Assembly: GCA_000002445.1 (NCBI GenBank) | Contig: CM000208.1 | Span: 1,536,001-1,600,000 of the forward strand | Direction: 5' to 3' | Source: Trypanosoma brucei | Lineage: Eukaryota | Length of the DNA stretch: 64,000 nucleotides | In this document: piece by piece, positions 1 through 9,796 of the stretch | Layout of the letters: each line of letters begins with the position of its first letter | Position numbering within the stretch: position 1 is the first letter of the stretch | Translations under genes and position numbers: made by a program | Notes under the pieces: generated by a model | The model's database searches: none | What the model saw: the letters and a program-made list of their open reading frames with translations, nothing else | Told to the model about the DNA's origin: nothing

Positions 1-307
1 CATCCTGAACATCCGCTGTCCACCAGTAACATGACCCCTCGCGCTAAAATCTGAAAATATACAAAACAGTACATGTAGAAGCACCCACCACATACTCCGG
101 ATTTATACAAACAGCCCGAAAAAGAACCATTAAGAAGGCACAAAGCACCAGGAGGTGAAAAGGCACAAACACCGTTCTTCGCGGGTGGAACCTGATAAAA
201 TAACCCGAGCATAGAAACAACACCGACTACACAAGCGTGGAAGTGAAACACACTCGAGAAAAGCAAAAGCGACATGTCGAAAAGACGACCGGCCACTGTA
301 CCACATG

Positions 308-2455
308 CTATACCCTACCAGATTCACGCAGTAGCCGAAGGAATGTTGTCGACATGCCACGGCCAACGGGGGCGCTAGAAGGCTTTTTTACAGACGAAAA
401 GGCGGTGCCCCGCTCCCTTGCAATCATGCCCTCGATCGTGTGGATACCTGCTTTATGCGTTTCTTCGATACACTTACGGCGCCGGTACTCCTGAATCAAC
501 AGACGCTCAACCTCGTAACGAATCTTTTCATGGTCCACATACGGATCCGCATTCTGCTGCTGTTTGTCCGACTCATCGTCATAAAAACTAACACTCATCA
601 AGTTAGTCTTCAAGGACCGCTGTTTCCCCCCCGTGCCAACTAGGAGGTCATGCAAGGGGTGATTGGAATCCTCACAGATGCCAGTGTGAAAGGGTCTCCT
701 GTGGTAACTTCTGGAGCTTTCGGGTCTAGCGAGGGAGAGCCATGCGAAGGAGTGTGATGGGGGCCGCGACAGACACTCTTCAGTCCATGCCACGTATAGG
801 AGTTTTGACCACTCTTCTCCCATAGCATCTGAGGTGACACTCAGGTGTGAAAGCGGTTTCAGATCCTTTCCCTTCTTAACTTTTCGATAAACTGGGTAAA
901 GATAATGCAAATTGTCTAACGTGACGTTGGGACCCAAAATAAACGCCTTGGTTTGCTCTCTAGAATTCTGCTTCCTGCGCGAATTCATGAGCACGCGGAA
1001 CTCCTTGAATGTTGAAAGTGAATGAAGAGGTTCCCGCAAAGATAGAGGGCCCTCTCTAACGAAACGCACCTCCACTTTTTCCAATGCTTTCTCTGTGTCT
1101 TGAATACGTGCCCTACACTGAACAGGGGCAGATCCACTAGCTAAATCTGGCCTGGGATCCAACCCAGATTGGCCGGCGCCCATAGATTCGGGGAACGTCA
1201 GGTGGCCCTTCTCCAGGAGAATGGCTGTAACAAAGCAAGCATTTGCACGTCTTCGATATGGTCCTTCAGAAGGGTTTTCGGTATCGGCTAAATTCACCCA
1301 TGCGTAATTCTTCTCCTCCTTTCCCTTGCCACATTCGTCCATGTAGCCAGCCATGGTTAAATTGGTCATACTCTTTAAAATACTTGAGCAGTGGGAAGAG
1401 CGCGTCCACAAGGACAACGAATGCGAGAGCACTTGCCTCTCTTTGGTTCCATCAGTGGGAGCCTCCTCCTGCAGAGTCGCAGGTCCACACCATGATTTCT
1501 CATCAGTGGTGTTGTTAGTGAAAAGATTTTCAGATATGTGAAGCGTTTTCGCTGAAAGGCACGTCTCCAGTACCAACGGATCATTGTAACACAACTGGTG
1601 GCAATTGATCACAAAAAGTAAGCGTCGCCTGACAAGTTCTCGCCTCTCAATACTCTCTTCGTCCATTAAAAGCCGAATCAACTTCCTCTCGCGGGATGTT
1701 TGCATCGGGTTAGTGCGTGTGTTGCACCGTATCCACGCTCTCTCAATAATGCTAACTGCGTGCTTAAACACTTCTTGCTGCTTCCTCCATTTCAGACGCA
1801 AACTTTCAAGTGCGCGAAGGAACGTCATCACCATCACTGCATTGTGCTCTGCAACCCTACCCTCTTCCTTCCCTTTCAGGTCAAGAGACAATGCGTACGC
1901 GGTGCAAGCTTCGACAATAATGCGTTTAGCAATGCGTGTGCGCAACTTCCATAGACGGTGCTCCCAGGTATACCGCTTCTCAATCCGAGAAGCCAATGCG
2001 TCAGGAGAATCTACAAGTCTTCGCAGCAGCGTCACGCGGAACCAACGCTGGAGACGACTCACTGACACCTCCATTGCCACACGATGCAGGCGCGAGTTCG
2101 ATGTGTTTCCACCACTCTTTGATGTTGTCCCACGGCTTCCCGTAGGGTACGTAAGCCGGTCTGCGGTAAAGCAGGAAGTGGGTCTCCTTGATCCTGTACC
2201 CCACACGGAGCTGCGACGCGTTGAAGTATCACTACTAAGCGTCCTCCCCTGCGGACCAGAACGGCTAGTTGCGCTTCCCTGCCGACCGCGCATACTGCCG
2301 CGTTGCTGACTCATCGACCCGGTAGAGATTGTCCGCTCTTTAGATGTAGTCTTCCTGCGCGACTCCTGTGGTAAGCGTTGCGAACTCGTCCCACGCTGCT
2401 GCACGGGCGGTAGCCGTAGTTTTTTTGGTGACCCACCCCCCTTACCCCGATTCAT
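308..2455 (-). CDS. Hypothetical protein, 715 aa, with an Arg/Ser/Gly-rich low-complexity N-terminal third (SR/RG-like) and a C-terminal globular region
   Basis: Long minus-strand ORF, co-oriented with all neighbours. First codon confirmed as a true ATG (plus-strand 'cat' at 2453-2455). Plus-strand polypurine (minus polypyrimidine) at about 2612-2634, upstream of the start. No family motif recognised. Confidence 0.55.
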   Translation of the reverse strand: MNRGKGGGSPKKLRLPPVQQRGTSSQRLPQESRRKTTSKERTISTGSMSQQRGSMRGRQGSATSRSGPQGRTLSSDTSTRRSSVWGTGSRRPTSCFTADRLTYPTGSRGTTSKSGGNTSNSRLHRVAMEVSVSRLQRWFRVTLLRRLVDSPDALASRIEKRYTWEHRLWKLRTRIAKRIIVEACTAYALSLDLKGKEEGRVAEHNAVMVMTFLRALESLRLKWRKQQEVFKHAVSIIERAWIRCNTRTNPMQTSRERKLIRLLMDEESIERRELVRRRLLFVINCHQLCYNDPLVLETCLSAKTLHISENLFTNNTTDEKSWCGPATLQEEAPTDGTKERQVLSHSLSLWTRSSHCSSILKSMTNLTMAGYMDECGKGKEEKNYAWVNLADTENPSEGPYRRRANACFVTAILLEKGHLTFPESMGAGQSGLDPRPDLASGSAPVQCRARIQDTEKALEKVEVRFVREGPLSLREPLHSLSTFKEFRVLMNSRRKQNSREQTKAFILGPNVTLDNLHYLYPVYRKVKKGKDLKPLSHLSVTSDAMGEEWSKLLYVAWTEECLSRPPSHSFAWLSLARPESSRSYHRRPFHTGICEDSNHPLHDLLVGTGGKQRSLKTNLMSVSFYDDESDKQQQNADPYVDHEKIRYEVERLLIQEYRRRKCIEETHKAGIHTIEGMIARERGTAFSSVKKPSSAPVGRGMSTTFLRLLRESGRV

Positions 2456-2611
2456 TTGGCACCTGCTGCGTACAAGGTATGTTCGCTACACTGATTGCTT
2501 TTCTTCTTTGAAATATATATATATATATTATGCGCTCTGAGAGCGTTGAAGCAAAAGCGACTTAGCTTTGAGGCGGTGGCTGCGCACAGACACAGCGCGA
2601 CAGCCTCCATT

Positions 2612-2634
2612 TAAAGGGGAGATGAGAAAGGTAG
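2612..2634 (-). promoter_or_regulatory. Polypyrimidine tract (minus strand) with downstream AG dinucleotides; putative spliced-leader trans-splicing signal for the 308..2455 gene
   Basis: Plus-strand polypurine run 'aaaggggagatgagaaaggtag' lies about 160-180 nt upstream (in minus orientation) of the ATG at 2455. AG dinucleotides follow it on the minus strand. This is the standard kinetoplastid signal architecture. Confidence 0.35.
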
Positions 2635-2909
2635 CAATACGTAAAAGCAACTCCGGAAGCAAACAACAATGAGGCAGTGGGGACCAAAGTACATAATAAT
2701 GATAATTAGTTAGAGTGTGGAGTAATTGTAATGTGAAGAAGGCCTCAAGTCTTAGTTCTTCTCCTTCGCCATATATGTTTTTTTTTCCAAAAGCAACATT
2801 AGCGAAAGAACCGCTATGACGCCATTTCCTTGCCAACCCGTGTCCGTGTGAGAAACAGACAAGCTCTGCTGCGGCGTCTTTCTTACGTCCTCGGAAAGAC
2901 GCCACAAAA

Positions 2910-3650
2910 CTACAACTCGAACTTCTCGTCACCGTAACTCCCCATGGAATACAAGGGTGCGGCAAATGGCTCGTAGTCTGAGTAACACTGTTTGAAGATG
3001 CGCTCTACGGCGCGCTCCGAGAAACCACGGCATAATGGGTTTTTTTCCACAGCTGTAATAGCACGACGACGAACACACTGTATACCACCACTCAGGAGAT
3101 CAAACCGCCCGCGACGCATCTCCTCCCCGACAAAACAGTCACCACTCAGCCTGGCAGCGCGTACTTCACTGCATGCCTGGTGCATACAATCCGAGGCTTC
3201 AATAATGCCTCGCGCGTCGTCAAAGGCATGGATCAGCTCGTGTCTGAGATTCCGCTCAACTGCAGTGCAAGTTTTCGCCCCGGGTACAATGCTGTCGTTC
3301 TCAGTTGCCTTATCCAGCACAACATGTTGCTCGATAAGTAAAATGTCCCCCTTTTCGCAATCCCTGCGTGCCCGACGCCACATGTACCCTGCCGCTGAGG
3401 TGCCATCTGCCATGGTGTTGCTGCCACCAGCCCAAGATGCATTGGCAACACCGCCGCTGTCGAGTTGGGGAACGCACTTTATTCGCTCACGACGGAATGG
3501 GGTGTTGCTAATTTCTTCTATGCTTTTGATCAGATACTGCACGGTATTAACATTTGCAAGGACCTCATCTACAGCAGCCTCACATATTTCGTGGATGGAG
3601 GGCTGCTTTCTGCTTAAGTTCCCTACACCATCAGGTTCCACAGAGGCCAT
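2910..3650 (-). CDS. ATP23: Mitochondrial inner-membrane metalloprotease ATP23 (Ku70-binding KUB3 family), 246 aa
   Basis: HExxH zinc-protease motif in the characteristic ATP23 context 'LRHELIHAFDDARG', with Cys residues spaced as in ATP23 (CMHQAC...CF...). The ORF-track start at 3824 is TTG. The first in-frame ATG is at 3650 ('cat' at 3648-3650), giving MASVEPDG..., which fits ATP23 length (about 230-250 aa). Confidence 0.7.
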   Translation of the reverse strand: MASVEPDGVGNLSRKQPSIHEICEAAVDEVLANVNTVQYLIKSIEEISNTPFRRERIKCVPQLDSGGVANASWAGGSNTMADGTSAAGYMWRRARRDCEKGDILLIEQHVVLDKATENDSIVPGAKTCTAVERNLRHELIHAFDDARGIIEASDCMHQACSEVRAARLSGDCFVGEEMRRGRFDLLSGGIQCVRRRAITAVEKNPLCRGFSERAVERIFKQCYSDYEPFAAPLYSMGSYGDEKFEL

Positions 3651-4230
3651 CAACAGCGACACCTGCAGTGTCCCGGTGAAGGTGACAACAACCGCAAAGA
3701 AACGGTTGGAAGAAGTGACAAAAACTAAAAAAGAAAAAAGTGAACTGTGACGAGGAGACAATACATACACAAACGCATACAAAATAAGCTTGTAAGCAGA
3801 ACAGAGGATGCTTTGCGACGCCAAACTGTGCCACCTCTGTACACAGTTTCCGCTTCTTTGTACGCGAGTAAATGAGCGCCGACAGCAACAACATTGTTAC
3901 AAAAAGTAACGACAACAACAACAGTAATGATAGTAAGAGTCCTATCTACCCGTAATTCCTCAAAGGTAAATATACTCGTCGCATTTGAAATACAAACACG
4001 AGTGAGCATATATAAATATATTCTTCTTTTTATATTTATGTGTGAGCGTGTAGGCGCGTATAAAAGGGACAGGAAAGGAAGTTGACCTTCGTCCTTACTT
4101 CTAAGCAGTGGAAAGAACACCGGTCACGTTAAATATATATAAATGCAACAGTTACTAAACCTCTTCTTTCTCCCTTTTTTCATTTACCTTTTTCTCATTT
4201 TTTTTTGATGTATTACATCACTCCTTGAAC

Positions 4231-4254
4231 ATATATATATATATATATATATAT
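4231..4254. repeat. (AT)n microsatellite
   Basis: Perfect 'atatat...' run of about 24 nt in a long intergenic region. Confidence 0.9.
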
Positions 4255-4438
4255 GAAGATGTGTATATATTTCTCAAAAAAGAAAAAAAGGAGAATCATA
4301 AGTAAGGGGTGTGTAAACTCCACTACCTCATAGAGGCTTCATGAAAGCGCCGCGCGCGCATCGCACATTGTTTTCTTCATAAATCTTCCTCTTCTTCTAA
4401 CGATTAGTCCCTCAACTACCTTCCCTTCTTCACGTTTT

Positions 4439-4460
4439 ACATCATCATCATCATCATCAT
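4439..4460. repeat. (CAT)n trinucleotide microsatellite
   Basis: 'catcatcatcatcatcatcat' seen directly. Confidence 0.9.
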
Positions 4461-4914
4461 TCTCTGTTCTCCCTTCTTGTCTTCTTTGCCCACCTTCAAG
4501 TCTCCAACGTGATGACAATCATCAAAATAAATAAATAGAGAAGTCAAAACATATAACATTTTCTTCTCCCTTAACCCGAATTCCACTTGCCTCTTATTTT
4601 ATTATAGGAACCCTTATAAAGACAGACAAACACACTCATTTATTCACTCAATTCTAACGCATAACTCTCACATGTATATATGCGTGTGAACTAACTATTC
4701 GTCACCACTTAAAAACTAAACGCCTAAAAAAAAAAAAGATGATGCTACTACCCAAAATTGCTAAAAAGGGCACCACAAGTCATTTTCCTAATAACTATGG
4801 CACCACTATAATACGAATAAAAAAAATAGGGAGCGGAGGGAGGGGGTCATGACTGTGTGTGCTGACATTTCTAGCATGTTGTCACACGATGACATACACC
4901 CACACACGCATACA

Positions 4915-4972
4915 TCTATATATATATATATATATATATATGTGGGTGGGTGTGTGTGTGGGTGTGTGTATG
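4915..4972. repeat. Compound microsatellite: (TA)n followed by (GT)n/(GGGT)n
   Basis: 'tatatatatatatatatatatatatg' is followed immediately by 'tgggtgggtgtgtgtgtgggtgtgtgtatg'. Confidence 0.9.
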
Positions 4973-5824
4973 TTTCTTTACTTTCACAAGAAGCGTTACA
5001 TCCCACAACATCACGAAAACTCAAAACTAATAAATCTCTCCTTGCGGTTCAACACAATATCACACAAATGCAGCGAAATAATTCTGCGATGCATCATTGT
5101 CGGTAAGGGTGCAGCACACAAAATGTTCATATGCGTCTCCTCCTCCTCATTCCCCCATTAGGTGAAGTAAATGGAATAAACGTGCAGCAGCGTTCAGGCA
5201 AAGAAAATAGTGAAGAGAAAAGGAGAGGGGAAAAAAAAGGAATAGCAGCGACTCGCTAATCCATCCACACGCCCGTGCCCCTTTTAGGTCTTAATCTCAT
5301 GGAACCTACACTTCTCACTCGTGTATGCACATGTGCGTATGGCAATTCTTTTTTTTTCTTTTTACCTCGTGTTCAAATATGTTATTCTATTGAACTTTGA
5401 GACTGCTACGAGCACCAACTCACGAAAGGAGAAATACTGCAATAATCCTCACCCAGTTATCCACCTTTTGTTCATGTTTTATTTCTTCACTACACATATT
5501 CCATTCAAACCACTCATTTATTCTTAAATTTATTGTTCTTCCTTTACCCAATGAGTTACGCTTACACCCTCGTGTGCCCAACTACTTCACCGCATACAAA
5601 ACAAACAAACACGAAGGAATGTACTAAAAATATCCAATCTGCTACAATAAAAAAAGAAAGAAACAGTGGCGACCGTGTACTTATATGATACCACCACACC
5701 TGAAAATGGTTAAGGTAAACAAAAAAATGATCTTTCACTATTCTTTGGAAATGCAAACAAAACTTATGATTGTCTCTGATGATGATGAAGAAGAAGAGAA
5801 ACAGAGGGGGAAATATGCGCGACA

Positions 5825-7066
5825 TTACCGGTACGAGTAACTACGTAACCACTGTGGTGAGAATGTCCCTTCACCCCCAGTGGCGGAGTCCTGAACAGAA
5901 TCTCCATTATTTCCTAATGTAAAGGAAACAGAGACACCATCAGTGGCAGAACTGTCATTCCCAGCGACGGCAAGTTGATGAAGCAATCCAGCGAATATTT
6001 GCGCGGGATCCTCCTCGTTTTGCCCCTCCTGCGGGGCGTTCTGCAAACTACTCGGGTCACGGAATACCGCAGTCTTGTGGTCAAGAAGGTCTGACGAATC
6101 GCTTTGGCTGGTCATCGTATACTTTGGAGATCTATCACGCTCATCCACTACATTGTTGATCTCATTAAGTAATGGAAGAGGTATCATATCACGTTCACTC
6201 AACTCCGCTTCCTGACGTCTGCCACCTCGGTGCTGCCTTAACTTAGCATCATCTAATACACCCTTCTCCATGAAATAATGCGGAACCCGCAATGCGGAGA
6301 ATAGCTTAGGACAACACTCACGAAAAACCGCGCCAAGTAATCCCCTCAATTCACGAAAGCCCCGCTCCCCAGGCGCCGCCAAGTCGTCCCCAAGCGTCGG
6401 TGTCCAATCAACAGGGTATGGCGCCTGCAACGAATTCATGGTAGAAGAGTCATCGATGGAAGGAGATGACAGTTGAGTCTCCCGTACGGCTACTGAGCCC
6501 CCTTTGGTAGCGTTTTCTTTTAAGCTACAGCCGCTGCTCATATCCTCCATGCCAACTGCTGGTGGTCCCATCCCATGCGTGTCTCTGCGCGATGCCGCTG
6601 CACCCCCTGTCGCTACATGCATTCTGCCAAAAAATGCCCGCGGCCACAGAAAATCGATGGGAAGGGGACATGAAATGTCCACAGGCACCGCCGCGCACCT
6701 TTCTGTTGACTGAAAAGAACTCTTGCTTGTACTGCCCACGGCAAGAGGAGGAAAAGCGACAGCTGCCGGATCTGCAAGTGTAAAAGTGCTGTTGCTGCCA
6801 CTTACCGCGTCTTTGTGCGACCGTTCGCAAGTTGATGTACCTTGCTGGGGCGTACTCCCCCCAACGTCGTTGCTTTGCGCGGAACTTCTTGAAAGGATGG
6901 CGCGCTGGTACGAAGTTTGAGAGACAATATTTAACCAATCACCGCCTCCAGCGATTTCCACGCCGCCGGTGGCTGCTCTCTCAGGTGGCCCATTTTTCCT
7001 TTGCTTGGAAGTACCGCAGCCGCTTCGCATTAGGGGGTAACCATTGTAAGGACCACCGTTGTTCAT
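5825..7066 (-). CDS. Hypothetical protein, about 413 aa, Ser/Gly/Ala-rich, no recognisable domain
   Basis: Minus-strand ORF 5825..7174. The track start at 7174 is TTG. The first in-frame ATG is at 7066 ('cat' at 7064-7066, MNNGGPYNGY...). It is co-oriented with the array. Confidence 0.5.
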   Translation of the reverse strand: MNNGGPYNGYPLMRSGCGTSKQRKNGPPERAATGGVEIAGGGDWLNIVSQTSYQRAILSRSSAQSNDVGGSTPQQGTSTCERSHKDAVSGSNSTFTLADPAAVAFPPLAVGSTSKSSFQSTERCAAVPVDISCPLPIDFLWPRAFFGRMHVATGGAAASRRDTHGMGPPAVGMEDMSSGCSLKENATKGGSVAVRETQLSSPSIDDSSTMNSLQAPYPVDWTPTLGDDLAAPGERGFRELRGLLGAVFRECCPKLFSALRVPHYFMEKGVLDDAKLRQHRGGRRQEAELSERDMIPLPLLNEINNVVDERDRSPKYTMTSQSDSSDLLDHKTAVFRDPSSLQNAPQEGQNEEDPAQIFAGLLHQLAVAGNDSSATDGVSVSFTLGNNGDSVQDSATGGEGTFSPQWLRSYSYR

Positions 7067-7755
7067 GGATGATGATGGCCCGCGCTTCCTAAAACTGTTG
7101 GTAGACCTCTGGAAGAACAATTCTTCGAAATGATTTGTTTTCTCTCTTGAACTCTGCTTTTCTCCGCTTATCAACTAAGTAATGATAAGCGACTTCTTTA
7201 AAAAAAAAAAAAAGAGGCACAGCGGGCAGCAAAAAAAGCGAAGGTATTAAGATGTTTGTTCACTTGGACAGTTACGTTGTCACGGATTTATTGCATCGTT
7301 GCCTGTGGTGGTGCCGTCTTCTTCTCCCTCTCCTCCTGTTATGTCCTCCTGTTGTATTTGACGGTATCGTATATTCCATCCTTCCCCCTTCCCACACATA
7401 AACTTTTTCTTTTTCCAACATGCAACATCAATACGAAACAGAATGAAACACACGTGAATAAAAGCGCAGAAGCGATATCCACAACATAGCATGAAGCGCT
7501 TGTGCTCGTACTGAGATAAAAGCGCACTTAACAACAAAGTGCATGGAAGAAGAACAAGACTAAGCAAACCTATTCACACGCACAGAGAGTGACATATGCA
7601 CACATACGGAAAGTACAAATAGAACTCTTCGCTGAATGTGCCCACAAATGCAAAAAAAAATGAGGGTAAATATGGAGGTAAAGGCTATGTAAATAAATAA
7701 ACCGAGAACCGAATTTTATGTACGCGTGTGCACATTGTAACCCTCGATAGACCTT

Positions 7756-8784
7756 TCACTGAAGCATGCCTGCGTTGGCCCATTCGACTGCAGCCGCACT
7801 ATTAGTTGGTTTTGCCTCATCCCACGGTCCATTGATTTGATCTTTCATGCTGCCATGCAATTTGACGAAGAAGAATGGAATGACAACAGATATTACCACC
7901 ACCACTACACAGTACAGAAGGGCAAATACCGGAACCTCCATCAAGAAGTAGATGGCAAGCGCACATATAGTGAATGTTAACACAACATGTGCCCTTAGGG
8001 AGACATGTTTGAGGTTATGTCTGGGAATAGGAGACAAAGTGAAGCATAGAATTCCAAACATAATGAGTGCACCGCTCTGAAACACCCTCTGAATGCGTGA
8101 GGCAATAAGTATTATGCCGAATGTGGCTGCATTCACCGCAGTGTTCTGCTGATACCTCTCCGAATAGCAGTTGAGGTAATTATAATCCGTCAGAAGCACA
8201 TGCACGAACATTGACAAGGAACTAAGTGTCACAATGGTGTCATTGCTATACGCCACAGTCAAGGTTTGTAGGACGGGTGACAGAAGAATAAGGACCCCCA
8301 CCAGTGGAATGCCTTGCCTACACAACCCCATCAAGTAATGCGTAAACGGTGTGGGAATCTCACCGCGATCAACAGCCTGCTGCCGCTGCACCACAATACA
8401 AAACACAAACGCCAACGTGAATAGTGTAGCATTCACCCACATGAGCGCGCACTCATCCACCCTCCCGGAAAGCATCATAGAAAATACAAAGAGATAGAAC
8501 ACAACAAACGAAAATTGCTGAATAACAACAAATGTGTCCAACACCACCTTGTTATACTCATAGGTGGCAACATTCACATTCTGCCGTAGGTCCTGAAGGA
8601 ACTGCTGAGGATCCACATAGTTGTCTTCATACGGCTGACGCGTGTACAACACTTTGCGCCAAACGCGCCCCTCATCACGCACTGTCGCTGTTTCAGTTGA
8701 CACGCTCCCAATAGTACCACGTGGCTGTGCTGCCTCTCCCATCGCTGACGTTTCTCGCAACGAAGCCGGCTGACAATTGCGCAT
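7756..8784 (-). CDS. GPI2: Phosphatidylinositol N-acetylglucosaminyltransferase subunit C (PIG-C / GPI2), a multi-pass membrane protein in the first step of GPI-anchor synthesis, 342 aa
   Basis: Strong similarity, recalled from memory, to PIG-C. 'RVWRKVLYTRQPYEDNYVDPQQFLQDLRQN...VVIQQFSFVVFYLF' matches human '[29 protein letters not shown]...VVIQQLCSVCVFVV'. The C-terminal 'INGPWDEAKP' matches 'IHGPWDEAEI'. Several hydrophobic transmembrane segments are present. The track start at 8823 is TTG; the first ATG is at 8784 ('cat' at 8782-8784). Confidence 0.8.
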   Translation of the reverse strand: MRNCQPASLRETSAMGEAAQPRGTIGSVSTETATVRDEGRVWRKVLYTRQPYEDNYVDPQQFLQDLRQNVNVATYEYNKVVLDTFVVIQQFSFVVFYLFVFSMMLSGRVDECALMWVNATLFTLAFVFCIVVQRQQAVDRGEIPTPFTHYLMGLCRQGIPLVGVLILLSPVLQTLTVAYSNDTIVTLSSLSMFVHVLLTDYNYLNCYSERYQQNTAVNAATFGIILIASRIQRVFQSGALIMFGILCFTLSPIPRHNLKHVSLRAHVVLTFTICALAIYFLMEVPVFALLYCVVVVVISVVIPFFFVKLHGSMKDQINGPWDEAKPTNSAAAVEWANAGMLQ

Positions 8785-9488
8785 CCAAATAGAGGGCAAC
8801 AGAAACAACAGTAACAACGGCAACGGCTATGGCAACAGCAATGGCGCCAAAGAACTTAGTAAGCAAATGGTATAATAAATAATTATAAGTTAACAATTCT
8901 ACATGCGCTGAAACGAACTAAAGTGAGCGGTTGAAGAATGAAGAAATCATGGGAAAGGTAGACACACATCCGCAAAAACAGAGACATTAAGGAGGAAGCC
9001 AGCGCAGAAGCGCAACATCACGCATTTTCAAGCGCAGTGCCTACTTATTTTTAAAAAAGAAGTGTAAAAAGTTTTCAAGTGAAAGCCACTGCACCCCATT
9101 ACCCGCCTCACTTCCTACCTTTCTACATTTCTTTGTAAATATGTGCCCCACTAAACCATATACATATTGATATGCACAACACTTCTGCGATCCCTCGCGC
9201 ACGGTGGTCGAGTGGAGGGTCATCAACCAATCGGTGACGACACACTCAGGGAAGGGGGTGAAAGGCAATAAAATACAGTGGAAATAATAAGCAAACACAA
9301 CCACACGATCCGAGCAAACCTGCGAGACTTCCCCTCAACCGCACTAACTTCTCGCATTACTTGGGTAACTCCCTTTTTGATTATACTTTGTTCTGGGATC
9401 GTAACCCCTCTTATTGCTACAGCGGCAACAGCAGCAGCAAACATATATCTGTAATTTCTTCGACGTGTAGGAAATAACCCCGTTGTCC

Positions 9489-9511
9489 CACACAAACACA
9501 CACACACACAC
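9489..9511. repeat. (CA)n microsatellite
   Basis: 'cacaaacacacacacacacacc' lies in the 3' flank of the BEACH gene. Confidence 0.85.
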
Positions 9512-9796
9512 CTCGCACCAGCTTCGATGTTCTTCAGTTTGCAACATTTAAACAACGACACTGCAAGTTAAGTAGCGTTCTGAAACATCGAAAGAGATTC
9601 ACAACGCAACCGACACACACATCACCCATATGAGACAAAACATGCAAAGGAAATATATAAAAAGCACCAACCTGGTATGAGGCCAACGTGAGCCACCACA
9701 AAAAAGAAAAAGGCAACCACACAATGCGACAGCGGGGAAGTGAAGGATAAAACACCAACACACACATATAAGCAATTGTTTCTTCGCTTTTTGACA

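Noticed and set aside
1605-2309. Plus-strand ORFs antisense to large minus-strand genes (e.g. 1605..2309, 2992..3750, 11567..12223, 24225..24770, 31125..31646, 48930..49340, 60400..60921)
   Set aside because: All lie entirely inside, and antisense to, well-supported minus-strand genes in a strictly unidirectional kinetoplastid array. They have no motifs, their composition mirrors the sense gene, and there are no trans-splicing signals on the plus strand.
4806-5024. 72-aa minus-strand ORF and overlapping plus-strand ORFs in the 3825-5824 gap
   Set aside because: They are encoded almost entirely by (TA)n/(GT)n microsatellite sequence (poly-Tyr-Ile, Cys-Val runs). This is a low-complexity artefact.
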